Below, piece after piece: positions 38,811 to 51,379 of a stretch of 64,000 nucleotides of DNA. The stretch is taken from NCBI GenBank assembly GCA_009914755.4, contig CP068257.2, positions 43,264,001-43,328,000 on the forward strand, in the 5' to 3' direction. Position 1 is the stretch's first letter. Each line of letters begins with the position of its first letter. Made by a program: the position numbers and the translations under genes. This stretch comes from the human T2T-CHM13v2.0 reference genome, Homo sapiens. Below the pieces are notes generated by a model that saw nothing but the letters and a program-made list of their open reading frames with translations, was not told where the DNA came from and searched no databases.

Positions 38811-40433
38811 TTGGCTCATTGAAACCTGTGCCAGCATTTTTTTATTAAGCTCCAAAAATATGCATTAATGAGATATAAAGTGCTACCATGGAGAATGTCC
38901 CAGGTACAGTGGGAAAAGCAGTCGTCTGCCGTATACCAACATACATTCATGATCTGGAAGGCTGCATGCTGCACCCCTTGTCCCCACCTGGTCCCTGTTT
39001 GCCTGTGAGGCCTCAGCCTACCTGTGCTGCCTCAGCCACCTGCCTGCCCATCTGAAGGCTGCCCTGGTCTCCAGCACTGTTCCCCCGTGAGTCTGATATT
39101 TTCCCATGTACCGACTTTTCTGTCTCTGCCACGTAACCCTCCAAGACCAAGGACTTCTCCCTCAGGTGCTGTGGGTGAGGGAGACCAAGGACTTCTCCCT
39201 CAGGTGCTGTGGGTGAGAGCACCTGGGGAGTTGCAGTCCAGCCTGGCACCTCTTGGTGCCCTGGCTGCCTTCTACCTCATCTGCATCCTGTCTCCTCTGT
39301 AATGTGAAGGAGGCCATATTTTACCTCTACCTTCAAGGTTTTTAGGTTGGGCCTGAGATTTAGAATTACATAAAACAGATTAACAGGAGAAAAGCGTACC
39401 CATTCATTGAAGTTTTATGTGACATGGGAGCCTTATAAGGAAATGAAGACAAGGAAGTGGGAGAACTTTGTGCTTCTTTGAGAGGGTGAGAGGTTGAACG
39501 GAGGTGGTTGTGGAAAACTAAACCACGTGGGGAGGCTGCAGGAGGGGAGGGGTTGTGTTCACCAGGTGTGTCTGTACAGAGTGCTCTTGGCTCCTCTGAT
39601 CCATCCCTGATGATAAGAATGTCACTTACCTTCTGGTGTAGGAGGGCATCTTCCATATGGGGGTTTTATCTCCTTTCAGGAAAAACAGGGAGGGGGTTAA
39701 TATGCCCTCTTGGTACCTGCTATATTTTTAAGTGCCTTTAGCTCAAAATAATTAGTGACATGTTTTGGGGTGGCGTATTCTGACCCCCTTCAGAAACCTC
39801 TGTTGAGGTCGATGCTGCCTTCCCTGCCAAGGTCAGTGAGGCTTGCACATGAATGGGCTGGGCAGCACGGGGGTCAGGGACGGGGGGGTTCTGTCTCCTC
39901 ACGGTTTGGTCGGCAGCTGACTTGGAGGAACTGAAATCTTCATGCAGGGATGAGTGTGGCTCAGAACCAGACCTGGCAGAGAGGCTGCTGAGATGACTAG
40001 TTCTGATGGGATGTGGTCAGTCTGAGCTGAAAGAGCTGTCAGGCTGGGAGCTGCCTATCCTTCATCTGCTCAGCTGCAGGTTTCTTCTGTGACACAGGAG
40101 AATGTTGTAGAAAGAGTAAGACGAAATGGTTGGGAAGGAAATTTGGTTCTTGAGATACTGGTCCTGACTCCTGAAGAACCAGGAGTGAAGCCCGTCTGGT
40201 GATTGAAGGCAGGGAGCAGGTGGGCCTGGGCGCTGCGGGTCTGCCCTGGAGCTCTGGAACCGGAGGCTTCTGCTCTGGGAGGTGAGGGTTGTTTCCCCCA
40301 GGTCCTCCCGGGCAGAGAAGCTGGGGAATCCAGGTTCTTGTCTTGCATCTTCTCCTCACCTTTAACGTCCCTCTGAAACCACAGAGCAAGTCTCACACCT
40401 CTTCTTTTCGTCCGTTTTTGTTGGGGACATTAG

Positions 40434-40587
40434 GACTGGGCGTTCATCAACACCAACATCTTTGCCAGGACCAAGATAGACCCCAGCGCCTTGGTGCAGA
40501 AGCTGGAGCTGGACGTGAGGAGTGTCACTTCCGTCAGGAGAGGTGAGGCAGGCTCGAGTGCACGGAGCGTCCCTTCCATCAGGAGAG
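40434..40587 (+). CDS. SLX9: SLX9 coding exon 2: DWAFINTNIFARTKIDPSALVQKLELDVRSVTSVRR[GEAGSSARSVPSIRR](G). The proximal alternative donor is at 40542/40543 and the distal donor at 40587/40588.
   Basis: Acceptor ttag|GACTGG at 40432-40433. The two GTGAGGCAGGCTCGA donors sit 45 nt apart because of a tandem duplication. Both keep the reading frame into exon 3. Confidence 0.8.
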
Positions 40588-40609
40588 GTGAGGCAGGCTC
40601 GACGGGTTA
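40520..40609 (+). repeat. SLX9: 45-bp tandem duplication of 2 copies (40520-40564 and 40565-40609). It spans the SLX9 exon-2 5-prime splice site and duplicates the donor.
   Basis: gagtgtcacttccgtcaggagag|gtgaggcaggctcgagtgcacg is followed by gagcgtcccttccatcaggagag|gtgaggcaggctcgacgggtta. Confidence 0.9.
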
Positions 40610-42425
40610 CCATGCTGATACCCAGCAGGTCTGGGATTGTTCCCTCAGGCACCCGAGGTCTCAGCAGCTTTCCAGCTAACCTGTACCTGACAATGTCCTT
40701 GAGCAAGGGATGCCCCTGGCTGTTTCTTGGGGCGATTCCCCAGAGTAGATTACAGCTGTGGTTTTGCCCCTGGGCTGCATCATGTCTCCGCAGCTCTGCA
40801 AGAACTGCTCTGCGTCCTGGCAGCCACGCTGAAGCCACAGGAACTTGGGCTTTGGTGACCAACAGGGTTTGAACTGTTTTCTCCGTGTGTGCTGATTCTT
40901 TCGGTCTGTCTGTATGTTTGGGGCAGTTTTGATCCTTTTCTTAAACAAGTGCTTTATGTGTTGCAGAGGTTAGCTGCTTATCATTTTGTACAAATAACTC
41001 TTGAGGGTTTAGATCCTGAAGCCGAAGCAGGGTCCTCTCAGTTTCATCAGATCCATGCGCAGCCCTTCCCGTCTCCTGGTTGTGCTCCTTGCAGCCCTGC
41101 AGCACACACGTCAGCCTGGCCAGTGAGAGGGTCTGGGAACTCCCACTCACTCCAGTGTCCGGAGCTTAGCAGGGAACGCCGTCCCCCTGCACCTCCTACT
41201 GAGTCTGAGGTGTTTTAGAGAGTTCCCGGCCACCATGGTCAATGCTGGGAGTGTTGACTTTCTGGCTGGAGGATGGTGAGCAGTGTCACTTCCCAGGGAT
41301 AAATCCAGGAAAAAGCTTCCTTCACTCATCTAAGGGAGTCGGTGAGGAGCACAAGGAATACTTTTTACATCTTGACAGCCTTGGGAAGTCATAGGTTGGG
41401 GAGGGAGAGGGCCTGGCTGTGGGGGCAGAGCTCAGGGCACCAGTGTGACAGTGAAGACTGCATGTGGCTTCACAGTCGGCAGAGCTGGGAGCGCCAGGAC
41501 AGGGCAGGAGCCGGGTCTGGGGCCTGTAGATGGCCCGTTAAGATCGTGGGCTCTGGGCCTCTGCCCCTCACCGCCTGGTAGCCTCTGGCTGGACACTTGA
41601 TCGCTCTGGGCCTGGGCTTTGCATCTGTCAAAGGAGGTAACAGTATTTATCTCCTAAGTTCTGGCAGTTTTGAGTTTGAGATGAGGTAGTTGGTGTGAAA
41701 CGTTTAAAACAGTGCAGTGAAGGCTGTGGAGGCGCCCGCTCTGCATCTGTTGAACGAGGCTGGTCTGGTGGGAAGGCTGGGGACGAGTGGGTTTTGCAGC
41801 TGCCCAGAGGTGGGCCAGCCCTAATTCCTTGGGCACAAGTCATGTGATCACGGGTGCTCTGTGACCCTTAGCTCCATTGTCCACAAAGCGGCGACAGACA
41901 TAGCTCATAGATGCTAAGGGCCTCACTGTGCCTCTAGAAAGATCCAGGTACATTTAACCAGTGCAGGTTTCCTGCTCCTTCTCTCCAAGGAGGACCTGGT
42001 GAGGTGACCAGGCCAGGTAACTCCAGAGAGAAGCTGTGCCTTCCAGCCAGGAACGCTTGATGTGGGTGGTCCGCCCGAGCTGTGTCCCTGGTTGCTGACA
42101 AGGCCCTTAAGGCTGTCCCCAAGGGGATGGGAGTCGTGGGTCTCAGTGACCTGGCTCTGGCCTGAGCTTCTCAGAGCTCTTTCACACAGCAGCCTCTTTC
42201 CTCTGCCTTTTCTTGGCCCTCTCCCTTCAAGCCCCTGTGGCTCATCTGGTCCCCAAGGTCACCTGCTGCACTGACTGTCACGTCCCCTCTTCCCCTCCTA
42301 ATTTAGGGAGACGTCACGCTCACGACCCGTCTTGCCTACCAGGGAAACTCCTCTTTAGCAACATCTGGCCTCGCAGCGTTCTTGGGCTGAGGTCGTGCCC
42401 AGCAGCCCTGTGGCCTCTCCTTTGA

Positions 42426-42783
<358 letters not shown>

Positions 42784-44264
42784 TGGTCTTTGTTTTTCGT
42801 AAGCTCAAACCTCATTAATTTAGAGTAACTGGTGGGAGAGGGTAGAAGCTTGAACTTTACAATGTCAAAGATTGATTTCAAATTTCAGAACCATGTTATC
42901 AGAGTAGAGCATAGAAGTGTTTTCTTGAAATAATTGAACAATAAGTTGAAAAAATTTGAAGATTCTATTGTTTGTGAGTCTGTTGGGTAATTAATTTTTT
43001 TCTTAATTCACATACCCTTATTTGTGCATAAAAATCTTAAAGCTTGTGCTGACGGGACTGTAGCGTGGCCCGTTCTGGCGCTCCCCAGCCCTGAGCTCGT
43101 GCTGACAGTAGCGTGGCCCGTTCTGGCGCTTCCTGCTTGTGTGCAGGTGTTTCCCATAGCCCGCCTTGAGGGGCACGAGGATGGGAATTATTTGAGCCGT
43201 GCGGCAGGGTCAGGGTTTTGGGTGTTGGGGAGGAGCCTTGGCCTGGGGAGGCACTTAGTGCTTCTGGCCAGGAGCCGGTGGCTTTGTGCACTGCCCATGG
43301 CTGTGATTTCTGCCTTGGTGCCCCAGGGGGATTCAGGAGAAGGTGCTCCAAAATGGTGCCTTGGAGGTTGTCCCTGAGGTGTGTTCCAGGAGGCTGTCCT
43401 GTGGGAGGGGCGTTCTGAGCTCATCGCCGCGGGCCCCCATTACAGCCCTCCTGGAGCGAGGCCTCTGGCCAGCCGTCTCTGGCTGTGGCTCTCAGCCCAG
43501 GGTTCTGGTGCATATTCCTTCCACCGCCCTGCTGTGGGTTTTCTGCACTGAAGAGCCCCGGGCTGGATGAAGGGGACCATGGGACCTCACAGAGGGCTCA
43601 GACGGAGGGACAGGCCTCCACTTCCCCTGCCCTGGGATGTGAAGCACCAGCTTGGCAGGGTGGCAGGGCCCACAGACCCTCATGGGTGGGACCTGCAGAC
43701 CCTTAGAGGAGTAGCCCCACAGGCGGAGGGGCTTGCCCTGGTCTGGGGGCCCCAGCCCCTTTTCTTCAGGCCTCCGAGGTATCCAGGCGCCTCAGTGGGG
43801 TCCTTTGCATCTTGGCTGCTCCTCACCATGTTCCTCCCTCTCTCCAGGAACAGTTCTGTTTTTTTGGTGTGGTCTCCTCAGCTCCTGATTGGCTGGTGCC
43901 CTGCGTCCCTACCCCCACCCCACCCCGGGTTTGTGCTGGGGCCTGAGTGCCCATGTCATGCAGATACTGCATCCTGTGACTTGGCCGCCACCCTTCAATG
44001 ACCCGCCTGGCTATGGAGGTGAGGTGGCGGCCTGTGGGTGCCTGTCTGCCTGGCTTAGTGCAACACCGCCTTCCCAAGATGTGTCTCATCGTCCGTGCCC
44101 TGCCTGAGTCAGGAATAGCACTGCATGCTGCGTCTCTGGCCAAGGAGCTGGGTGGCCCAGGGGAGGGGTCTAGGCTGTGGCCCATCACCTGGTGGACACC
44201 CGTGTGCCCATCTGCACCCCTCCTCCCCCACTCTAGCCCTGGGAAGTGGTGGGGCTTGTTAGTC

Positions 44265-44400
44265 CCTGTGACTGACAAGTTCGTGGCATCGTTCCTATCC
44301 TGTGACTGACAAGTTCATGGCATCGTTCCTATCCTGTGACTGACAAGTTCATGGCATCGTTCCTATCCTGTGACTGACAAGTTCATGGCATCGTTCCTAT
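44265..44400. repeat. 34-bp tandem repeat of 4 copies (ctgtgactgacaagttcrtggcatcgttcctatc).
   Basis: Direct reading, with exact 34-bp spacing. Confidence 0.9.
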
Positions 44401-44915
44401 GTTTTTTTTCAAGCCCTTCGGATCCCAGCTCGCCAGGAAGCCACATCTGACCCCCTGTTCCCTTCCTGTGCCCTGGAGCCTGCCTTACCCTTACGGGCAT
44501 CCTGGGAGGGACCCTCTGAGCTCTGCAGCCTCCTGCTACGGGAGGAGGAGGGCATGGGTGCAGGGCTGAGGCTGGCCTAGAGTCCCCTCCCCGCCCCAGC
44601 TCTCTAAGACCCCCTGCACCTCCCCAGCAGGACTCAGCTTTGCCTGTGGGCCGGGTTGTGCATGCAGGGGCTTTGCGGCAGCCTGTGGACCCCATGTCGG
44701 GGCTACAGCTCCTCCATGTCCGCTCTGGGGGTGGCGAGGGACCTGTGGCAGAGCCGGGGTGAGCACCCGTCTCCTGAGCCTCCCCCAACGCAGTGCCACC
44801 TGCTGTGCGTGCTGTGTGGCCAGCTCTAGCTGGCTTGTGCAATACCAGAGCCTGGCAGCCGGCCGGGTGTCCAGTGGTGGCTGATCCTCCAGCCTTGGGC
44901 ACGGCTCCAATCCTT

Positions 44916-45232
44916 GGCATCGGACATCCGGGGAGCTGGTCATGCAGCATCGGGCGATCGGGCATCCGGGGAGGTGGTCGTGGAGCATCGGGCGGTCCGG
45001 GAATCTGGTCGTGGAGCATCGGGCGGTCCGGGGAGCTGGTCGTGAAGCATCGGGCGGTCCGGGGAGCTGGTCGTGGAGCATCGGGCGGTCCGGGGAGCTG
45101 GTCGTGGAGCATCGGGCGTCCGGGGAGCTGGTCGTGGAGCATCGGGCGTCCGGGGAGCTGGTCATGCAGCATCGGGCGGTCCGGGGAGCTGGTCGTGGAG
45201 CACCGGGCGTCTGGGGAGCTGGTCATGGAGCA
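44916..45232. repeat. CpG-containing 30-31-bp minisatellite of about 10 copies (catcgggcggtccggggagctggtcgtggag).
   Basis: Direct reading. It gives the repetitive minus-strand ORF (PMLHDQLPGR)n and plus-strand (SWSWSIGRPG)n. Confidence 0.9.
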
Positions 45233-47666
45233 CGCTTAGAATTGGATTTCTAGTTCTGTGTTCCTTCATACCAGAAAACGAGCCCACCTGTTTTCAGACA
45301 GGCACTTGGGACTCAAGCTCAGAGACACAGGCAGGGTGGGGCAAGGCCTGGTATGGACTCAGAGCCGGGTGGGGCTGGGGGCCCCTGGAGCAGAGGATGT
45401 TGGGAGGCCTGTCACCATTGCTGGAGAGGGAGCTCACAGCATGGTGGACGGCTTGGGGGCGGTGGGGGCATGAGAGGCGCCGGTGGTGGTACAGGATTTT
45501 GGGGGTGTTGCTTTTCTGGCCAGATACCTGTGGCCGGTGGCACCTTTGCTTGAGTTTTGTCCAGGCCCACTGGGCTCATTTCACCTACTTGGCCTGGCAG
45601 GCTGAGCTCAGCTCATGCTACTGGCCTGGATCTCATGCCTCCAAGGGAGACTGGAGTCAGGCGTGGAGCGGTGAAGTGTGTGTGTGAGCAAGTGTGGGGT
45701 CCGGCCATTGCAGGCCAGCGCCAGGCCACCCTCAGCCCCCGCCTTGGCTTCCTCCCAGAGCTTGTTGATGCCCAAGGTCCAGAGGGGGCCAAGGTGGCAG
45801 GGCCTGAGTGTGTGCACACCCGGCCGGGCTCTGACAGCACCTGGGCTCAGCCCCAACCCCCCTTTGAGATTGGAGTGGGCGTTGGAAGCAGGGAGAGGCC
45901 AGGCAGCAAGAGCAGGCATCTCTGAGTCTGCAAGGGTAAGAGTGCAGAGAGGCCAGGGTCCCGAGCCCCGACTTGGCTGCTGCTTGCTCCCGCTCCTGCT
46001 GGCTCTGTGGAGCATGCAGCCCTGGCTCCCCCTCGCACGGTTTGTGGCCTTGCCCGGGGGCTGCTCCTGATCAGGGAGTGGATTGTGGGCCCTGGGCCCT
46101 GGGCCCGGCTGTCAGGAGTGTCGGGCCTGGCAGTCACACCGATGTGGGGTGGATCCTAGGGATGCAGCCCAGGCGGCCCTGCACCATAGCCTCCTCCAGA
46201 GGAACCCAGCACCCTCGGCCGGGTGGACACAGGGACCACACTGCTGTCCGGGTCCCCAAAGCGCGGCCCCAGCTCCGCCTACCCCCCAGAACCCTCTGTG
46301 CAGCAGCAGCAGGCCAGAGCGCACCATGGAGCCAGGCTCTGAAGCCACAGAGGCCTACTCTTAGACGCCGGGCACAGGGCACCCACCGCCGCCATTGCTG
46401 CTCCGGCAGCCACTCCTGCCGCTTCTGCCTGCGCCTTCCGGCTGTGTACGACCTGCTGCTGCTGTCAGTGGAACACGTCTGCGTCTGCAGGCGTGTTGGA
46501 CTGGGTGACGAGGCCACCAGGCTGTGGTGCAAGGACATCCCAAGCTCCTGCACCCAGCCCTTGGGCAGGGCTGGCTCTCCCGGTCAGCACAGAGCGCTGC
46601 CCAGGTGATTGTACCTGCTTAGACCCCACTCCACCCCCAGGCACCTGCGGTGGAGGGACCTGCGGTGGAGGGCGCGACCTTGGCTTCCTGGCCGTCCCTC
46701 TGCCCTGGTGATCTGGCCAGCAGAGGGCAGCAGAGCTGTGTCCTTGTCAGGTCAGCCCAGGTGTGGGACAGTCCCGGGATAGAGACGCAGGCTCTCCCTC
46801 CTGCCTTGCACAGCGGAGACTTGGGAAGTCCCAGCTCCTCATCAGACAGTACAGACTCTGGGGTTACAGGGTTGTCTTCAGGGATTTTTTTTTTTTTTAA
46901 AATAACTGGAAAATGGCAGAAAATGAGCCTTGCCCCACCCTGCCTGTGTCTCTGGGCTTGAGTCCCAGGTGCCTGCCTGAAAACAGAATGAGCTCATTTT
47001 CTGCTATTTTCCAGTATCTCAAAAAAAAAAAATCCCTTTTTTAAGACCTTTTTTTACAGTTGTGAAGTCAAGGGTATGACAGAAACCATGCAGAATGTAC
47101 TTGTTGCTTATATCTACTCCCAAGTTAAAATAAGAACAAACTGACGGGGAGGTTACATGGAGATGGCTCTGTGGAAGCGAGGCTTGGGGTCAGATGGCCT
47201 CGGCTTGGCCGCAGCTCCCTGTGCGTCACCTGCCTTGGCTGCGTGGTGCGGCGGCTGGGAGTGGTGCGCCTTCTTACCTGCGCTCCTGCGGAGAGTGTGG
47301 CCGTGCCAGCCGGTATGTTGGGAGCCCAATGACTTGTTTCTTAAGCCAGGCATCCTTGTGAGCCACATGTTGTTGAGACGCTAGACCAGGGGTCGGAGGT
47401 GTGGCCTATGCCAGTCCGGCTGGGAGCGTGGCCCTGTTGGTGGCGCTTCTCAGGCCCACGGTCACGCAGTCACATGGTGCCATGCTGAGGCATTTGACTT
47501 GGACCAGACATAGTGCTGTTTCCTCCCATCTTAGTGGGAGTCAGGAGCCAGCCAGGGCCTCTGGGGTTCTAGCCTCCTGCACCTCCTTGCCGGCGTCCTC
47601 AGGGTTTCTGCGATCAGCTCCTTCATCTGCGAAAGGGGGGTGTCGGGGGGCTGCTGTAGAACTGCT

Positions 47667-47979
47667 GTGGGTTTATCCTCATAGAACTTTGAGCACAGAG
47701 ACTGGCCCAGGCGGGTGTGGGCTGCACCTGTGCCTGAGGATCACGGTGACTCCACCTGGTCCCTGTCCTGGAGCACGTGGCGGCGACTGGGTACACGTGT
47801 CGTGGGCACAGTGCAGCAGGCTAAGCTTTCATCGGATTAAAGTCGCCGGTTTGATTTAAAGGCCTTAAAAATGGTTTAAACACACAGCAGCAGCAGAACA
47901 CACAGGAGAAGATTCCTCTGGGCTTGGCCAGCCTCTTCTGTGCCTGTGTCTCATGGCCTGGCTCCTGTTCACTCAGGTT
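47667..47979 (+). repeat. Copy 1 of a 313-bp direct duplication. Copy 2 is at 48660-48972, with about 1 mismatch.
   Basis: tgtgggtttatcctcatagaactttgagcacagagactggcccaggcgggtgtgggctgcacctgtgcctgaggatcacggtgactcc ... ggctcctgttcactcaggtt is present twice, 993 bp apart. Confidence 0.9.
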
Positions 47980-48659
47980 GAGATGAAACCGTGGCTGCTG
48001 CCATACTGGGCGCAGAGGAGGCTCCCATCTCCTGGTGGCGCTGAAGCCCACAGCCATCCAAGGGACCAACATCTTGCAGCATCGCGCAGGGAGGTAGGAG
48101 AGAGGCAGGGAAAGTGGGCATGGATGGCCCTGGCTTGCTGCACAGCCTGGGAGGAAGCAGGGGGACAGGCTGTGGATGTGGCCCTTGCCGGTCCTGTTCA
48201 AGTCCCAGCTCTACCATCTGGATCCAGGGGCTGAGTCCTCAGCGCACGGGGCGAACGGCCGCGTCTTTGCCCACCGTGCCTCACTCACTGTCATGCCTGT
48301 GGCTGAGACTTGAAGGTTAGGGATCAACTTTTACCTAAAATTACTTCTGTAGAAAATAACATTTCATGATTGAGAAAGCAGCGCGTATGCACACATTGCA
48401 GAATAGACAAATACGCAACATTGGGAGATAAAAGCCAGGCCCTGCCCCCGGAGCCGCCCGAGCGCGCTGTGTGGGCACCATCTCTCACTGCCCGAGGGCA
48501 CTGTGTGGGCACCATCTCTCGCCTACAGGTGTTCTCGCCCAGGCCTGCTGCACGTGCCAATCACTAACCGGGGCGGGGCATCTCAGGAAAGGCCCTTAGC
48601 TAGCAGTGTCTTCAGGAGCCCTTGCTGCTCTTTGTCCGAGCAGGGTTCGCCCGTCGTGT

Positions 48660-48972
48660 GTGGGTTTATCCTCATAGAACTTTGAGCACAGAGACTGGCC
48701 CAGGCGGGTGTGGGCTGCACCTGTGCCTGAGGATCACGGTGACTCCACCTGGTCCCTGTCCTGGAGCACGTGGCGGCGACTGGGTACACGTGTCGTGGGC
48801 ACAGTGCAGCAGGCTAAGCCTTCATCGGATTAAAGTCGCCGGTTTGATTTAAAGGCCTTAAAAATGGTTTAAACACACAGCAGCAGCAGAACACACAGGA
48901 GAAGATTCCTCTGGGCTTGGCCAGCCTCTTCTGTGCCTGTGTCTCATGGCCTGGCTCCTGTTCACTCAGGTT
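48660..48972 (+). repeat. Copy 2 of the 313-bp direct duplication.
   Basis: Near-identical to 47667-47979. The only difference seen is gctttcatcgg versus gccttcatcgg. Confidence 0.9.
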
Positions 48973-49349
48973 CACTCAGGCCTTTGTGGGCCGTGCAAGT
49001 CTGGATCTCACCGGCTTGCCGAGGTCCCTGGGCCGCTGTCTTGGGCTTGCGCTGCTCGCCCCCGGGAAGCTCAGCCACTGCCTTTTTCTATTTGCCAGAC
49101 AGCAATCGGCAGCTTCCCTGGCCACTCAGGGAGTGACTCCTCCTCATCAGAGCTGTCTGCTGTCAGGGCTGATGTTTAAGTTGTTTCTGGAACTTTCACA
49201 TCAGAGTGTGTGGCCTGATCACCTTGGGCCTGGCCTGGGGATTCCCGGGGCCGCCTTCCATCACCAGAAGGTTGGCCCCAGGGCCCTCCTTCTCCCCTGC
49301 AGGTCTGGCCCCAGCTGCTTCAGGACCGCCCTCCCATGGGGGATGCTGT

Positions 49350-49453
49350 GCCCAGCAGAGGTCTTTTGGCCGAGTGGACAGTTGGGGTTATGTGGCCCCA
49401 CGCCCAGCAGAGGTCTTTTGGCTGGGTGGACAGTTGGGGTTGTGTGGCCCCAC
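49350..49453. repeat. 52-bp tandem duplication of 2 copies (gcccagcagaggtcttttggcygrgtggacagttggggttrtgtggccccac).
   Basis: Direct reading. Confidence 0.85.
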
Positions 49454-50218
49454 GGGACCCTCCCTCGTTTGGGGTGCTGCTATGTGGGTGTCCGTGTCAT
49501 GTGCTCCGGGCGCCCCCCTGCCTAGGAGACGGCGGGGCAGTGTCTGAGCATGTGGGTTGCTATTTCTGAACCTGGCACTTGGAGCTCGGTGGCTGGAGCT
49601 ATTTAAGGTTCTTGACATGTTCGGTTGGTGGGGCCTGGCTGGCAGCATCCTGCTGAGGCCATCTGCACGTCACTGTCCTCATCGACAGCTGGGGTGGGAG
49701 GGCAGCTGAGTGTTTTCAAATGGAAACTTAGGGGTGAGCAGGGAAGGGCTGGGGCCCCAGGTGCCACTGTATTCTGGGTGTGGCACTCATTCTGACTTGC
49801 AGGTGCCATCCTGAGACTAGGAGGTCCCCAGGGCCCTGCCTCTGGCAGCCTCCCCCTTGGCATCCCACCTGGTGTGTTTTCCAGACCCCGCCTGGCAAGG
49901 CCCAGGCCGAGCCTGTGCAGCAGGCTCTCCTCATTCACTCCTCAGACACTACTCCTCATGGGAGGTGGCAGCGAGTGCCCCCCGGCTACAGGGCTATCCC
50001 TTCCTCTGTGGGCGCGTGGCCGGCCTGTCATGTTCAGGGGCCCTGGGCACTGTGGTTTTCTGATGTGTGCTTGTCTGAGGTGTAGGCAGGTCGTGGAGGC
50101 TGTCTTGCGAGGTTCCCTAGGTGGGGCCCCCAGACTAGCTGAACCCACCAAGAGCTGCGAGTGGCTGTACCTCCCAGAGCAGGACGCCTCTAGGTGAGCA
50201 GCACAGCCACTCCCTCGG

Positions 50219-50371
50219 GCACCATCCCCGGCGGTGGGGCCCTGCGTCCGGGCCTCGGGAGCCTGTCCTGCACCATCCCCGGCGGTGGGGCCCTGCATCC
50301 GGGCCTCGGGAGCCTGTCCTGCACCATCCCCGGCGGTGGGGCCCTGCATCCGGGCCTCGGGAGCCTGTCCT
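50219..50371. repeat. 51-bp tandem repeat of 3 copies (gcaccatccccggcggtggggccctgcrtccgggcctcgggagcctgtcct).
   Basis: Unit starts at 50220, 50271 and 50322. It gives the 17-aa periodic ORF TIPGGGALRPGLGSLSC x3. Confidence 0.9.
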
Positions 50372-50469
50372 GTGTTGACTTAGGACTGAAGCAGTTCTCT
50401 GGGGCTTCTTCCTTTCCAGGTGGGATGGGGTAGTTTGGGCAGATGCTGAGGACACAGGCCAGGTGTGGC

Positions 50470-50650
50470 TCAGGAGGCCAGGAGTGCCCTCTGGCCCCGC
50501 AGCCTGGGTTCCTCAGTGCAGTAGCGTGACCTTGGCGCTCTGCATTCAGCGTCCCTGGGTCGTGCCACCCCCCGGGGAGCTCTTGGCCATGACTGCTCTT
50601 CCCTGCGGTGCTGCTGGTACTTTCCTCGCTGCAAACCTCGGCCGCACCCC
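50470..50650 (+). repeat. Copy 1 of a diverged local duplicate of about 175 bp. Copy 2 is at 51380-51560, about 90% identical.
   Basis: ...ccgcagcctgggttcctcagtgcagtagcgtgaccttggcgctctgc...ctcttccctgcggtgctgctggtactttcctcgc... appears at both sites. The track ORFs at 50463 and 51377 share ...SSVTL.LC...ALPCGAAGTFLA.NLG. Confidence 0.75.
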
Positions 50651-51379
50651 AAGGCCTTGCTGAAGCCCTCAGTCCCAGTAGCTGTTGATCCTTTGGCATT
50701 TTCTGCATCATGACCATGCCATGTATGGGGACGGCGGTGGTTCTGTCTCTTGCTTCTCCATTCTTAGGCCTTTGACGTGTTTCTCTTGCCTTGTTACCCT
50801 GGCTGGGAGCTCACAGGACAGCAAGAAGCCACGCTGCTCCCGGGGCACATGCTACATCCACCATTGGCTGCACTGCCCTTGGGGTTCTGGAGGGTCCTTG
50901 TGGGGTGAGCTAACACTGGGGGTGGGTGTGGAGTGTGCCAGGAGCCTGCTGCTGTGTCTGTGGAGAGAATCCTGTGGGGTTTGGAGTCCACGTTTCTTGT
51001 TTGTATCAGCTCCATGACACTTGCAAGGCCAGATCCCGTGGACTCTGCGTCTTCTGGCCGGTGGGTTGCTGAGGGGAGCAGAGGGGCCGAGCGTTGTGTG
51101 GGTGCCGTGCACAGGCTGTCTCCAGTGCTCCTGGGTACCCTTCTCTCAGGGGCCCCGTCTCCCAGGCCACCTTCTCTCGGGAGGAATGTCGAACCCCTGG
51201 CTGGGGTGGATGGTGTTGGCTGGAGGGTGGGGGCTGCCCGATGCAGCACTTTGGGAGCTCCGGCCGTCGGCAGGTTTGTCTGTGGTTTTGAATGTCCACC
51301 CTCAGGTCCTGGGAGAAGGGAGTCGAGGTGAGCCGTTTGCCTTTCCTCAGGACTGCGGAGGTGGGCACAGGGCCCAGTG

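Noticed and set aside
39142-39218. Roughly 36-bp local duplicate (gagaccaaggacttctccctcaggtgctgtgggtgag x2), and a similar roughly 46-bp duplicate at 43060-43135.
   Set aside because: They are real but tiny tandem duplications with no evident functional context, so they are not reported as findings.
44363-45226. 287-aa minus-strand ORF with the periodic motif PMLHDQLPGR.
   Set aside because: It is a reading of the 30-31-bp minisatellite. The periodicity equals the repeat unit, so it is not a gene.
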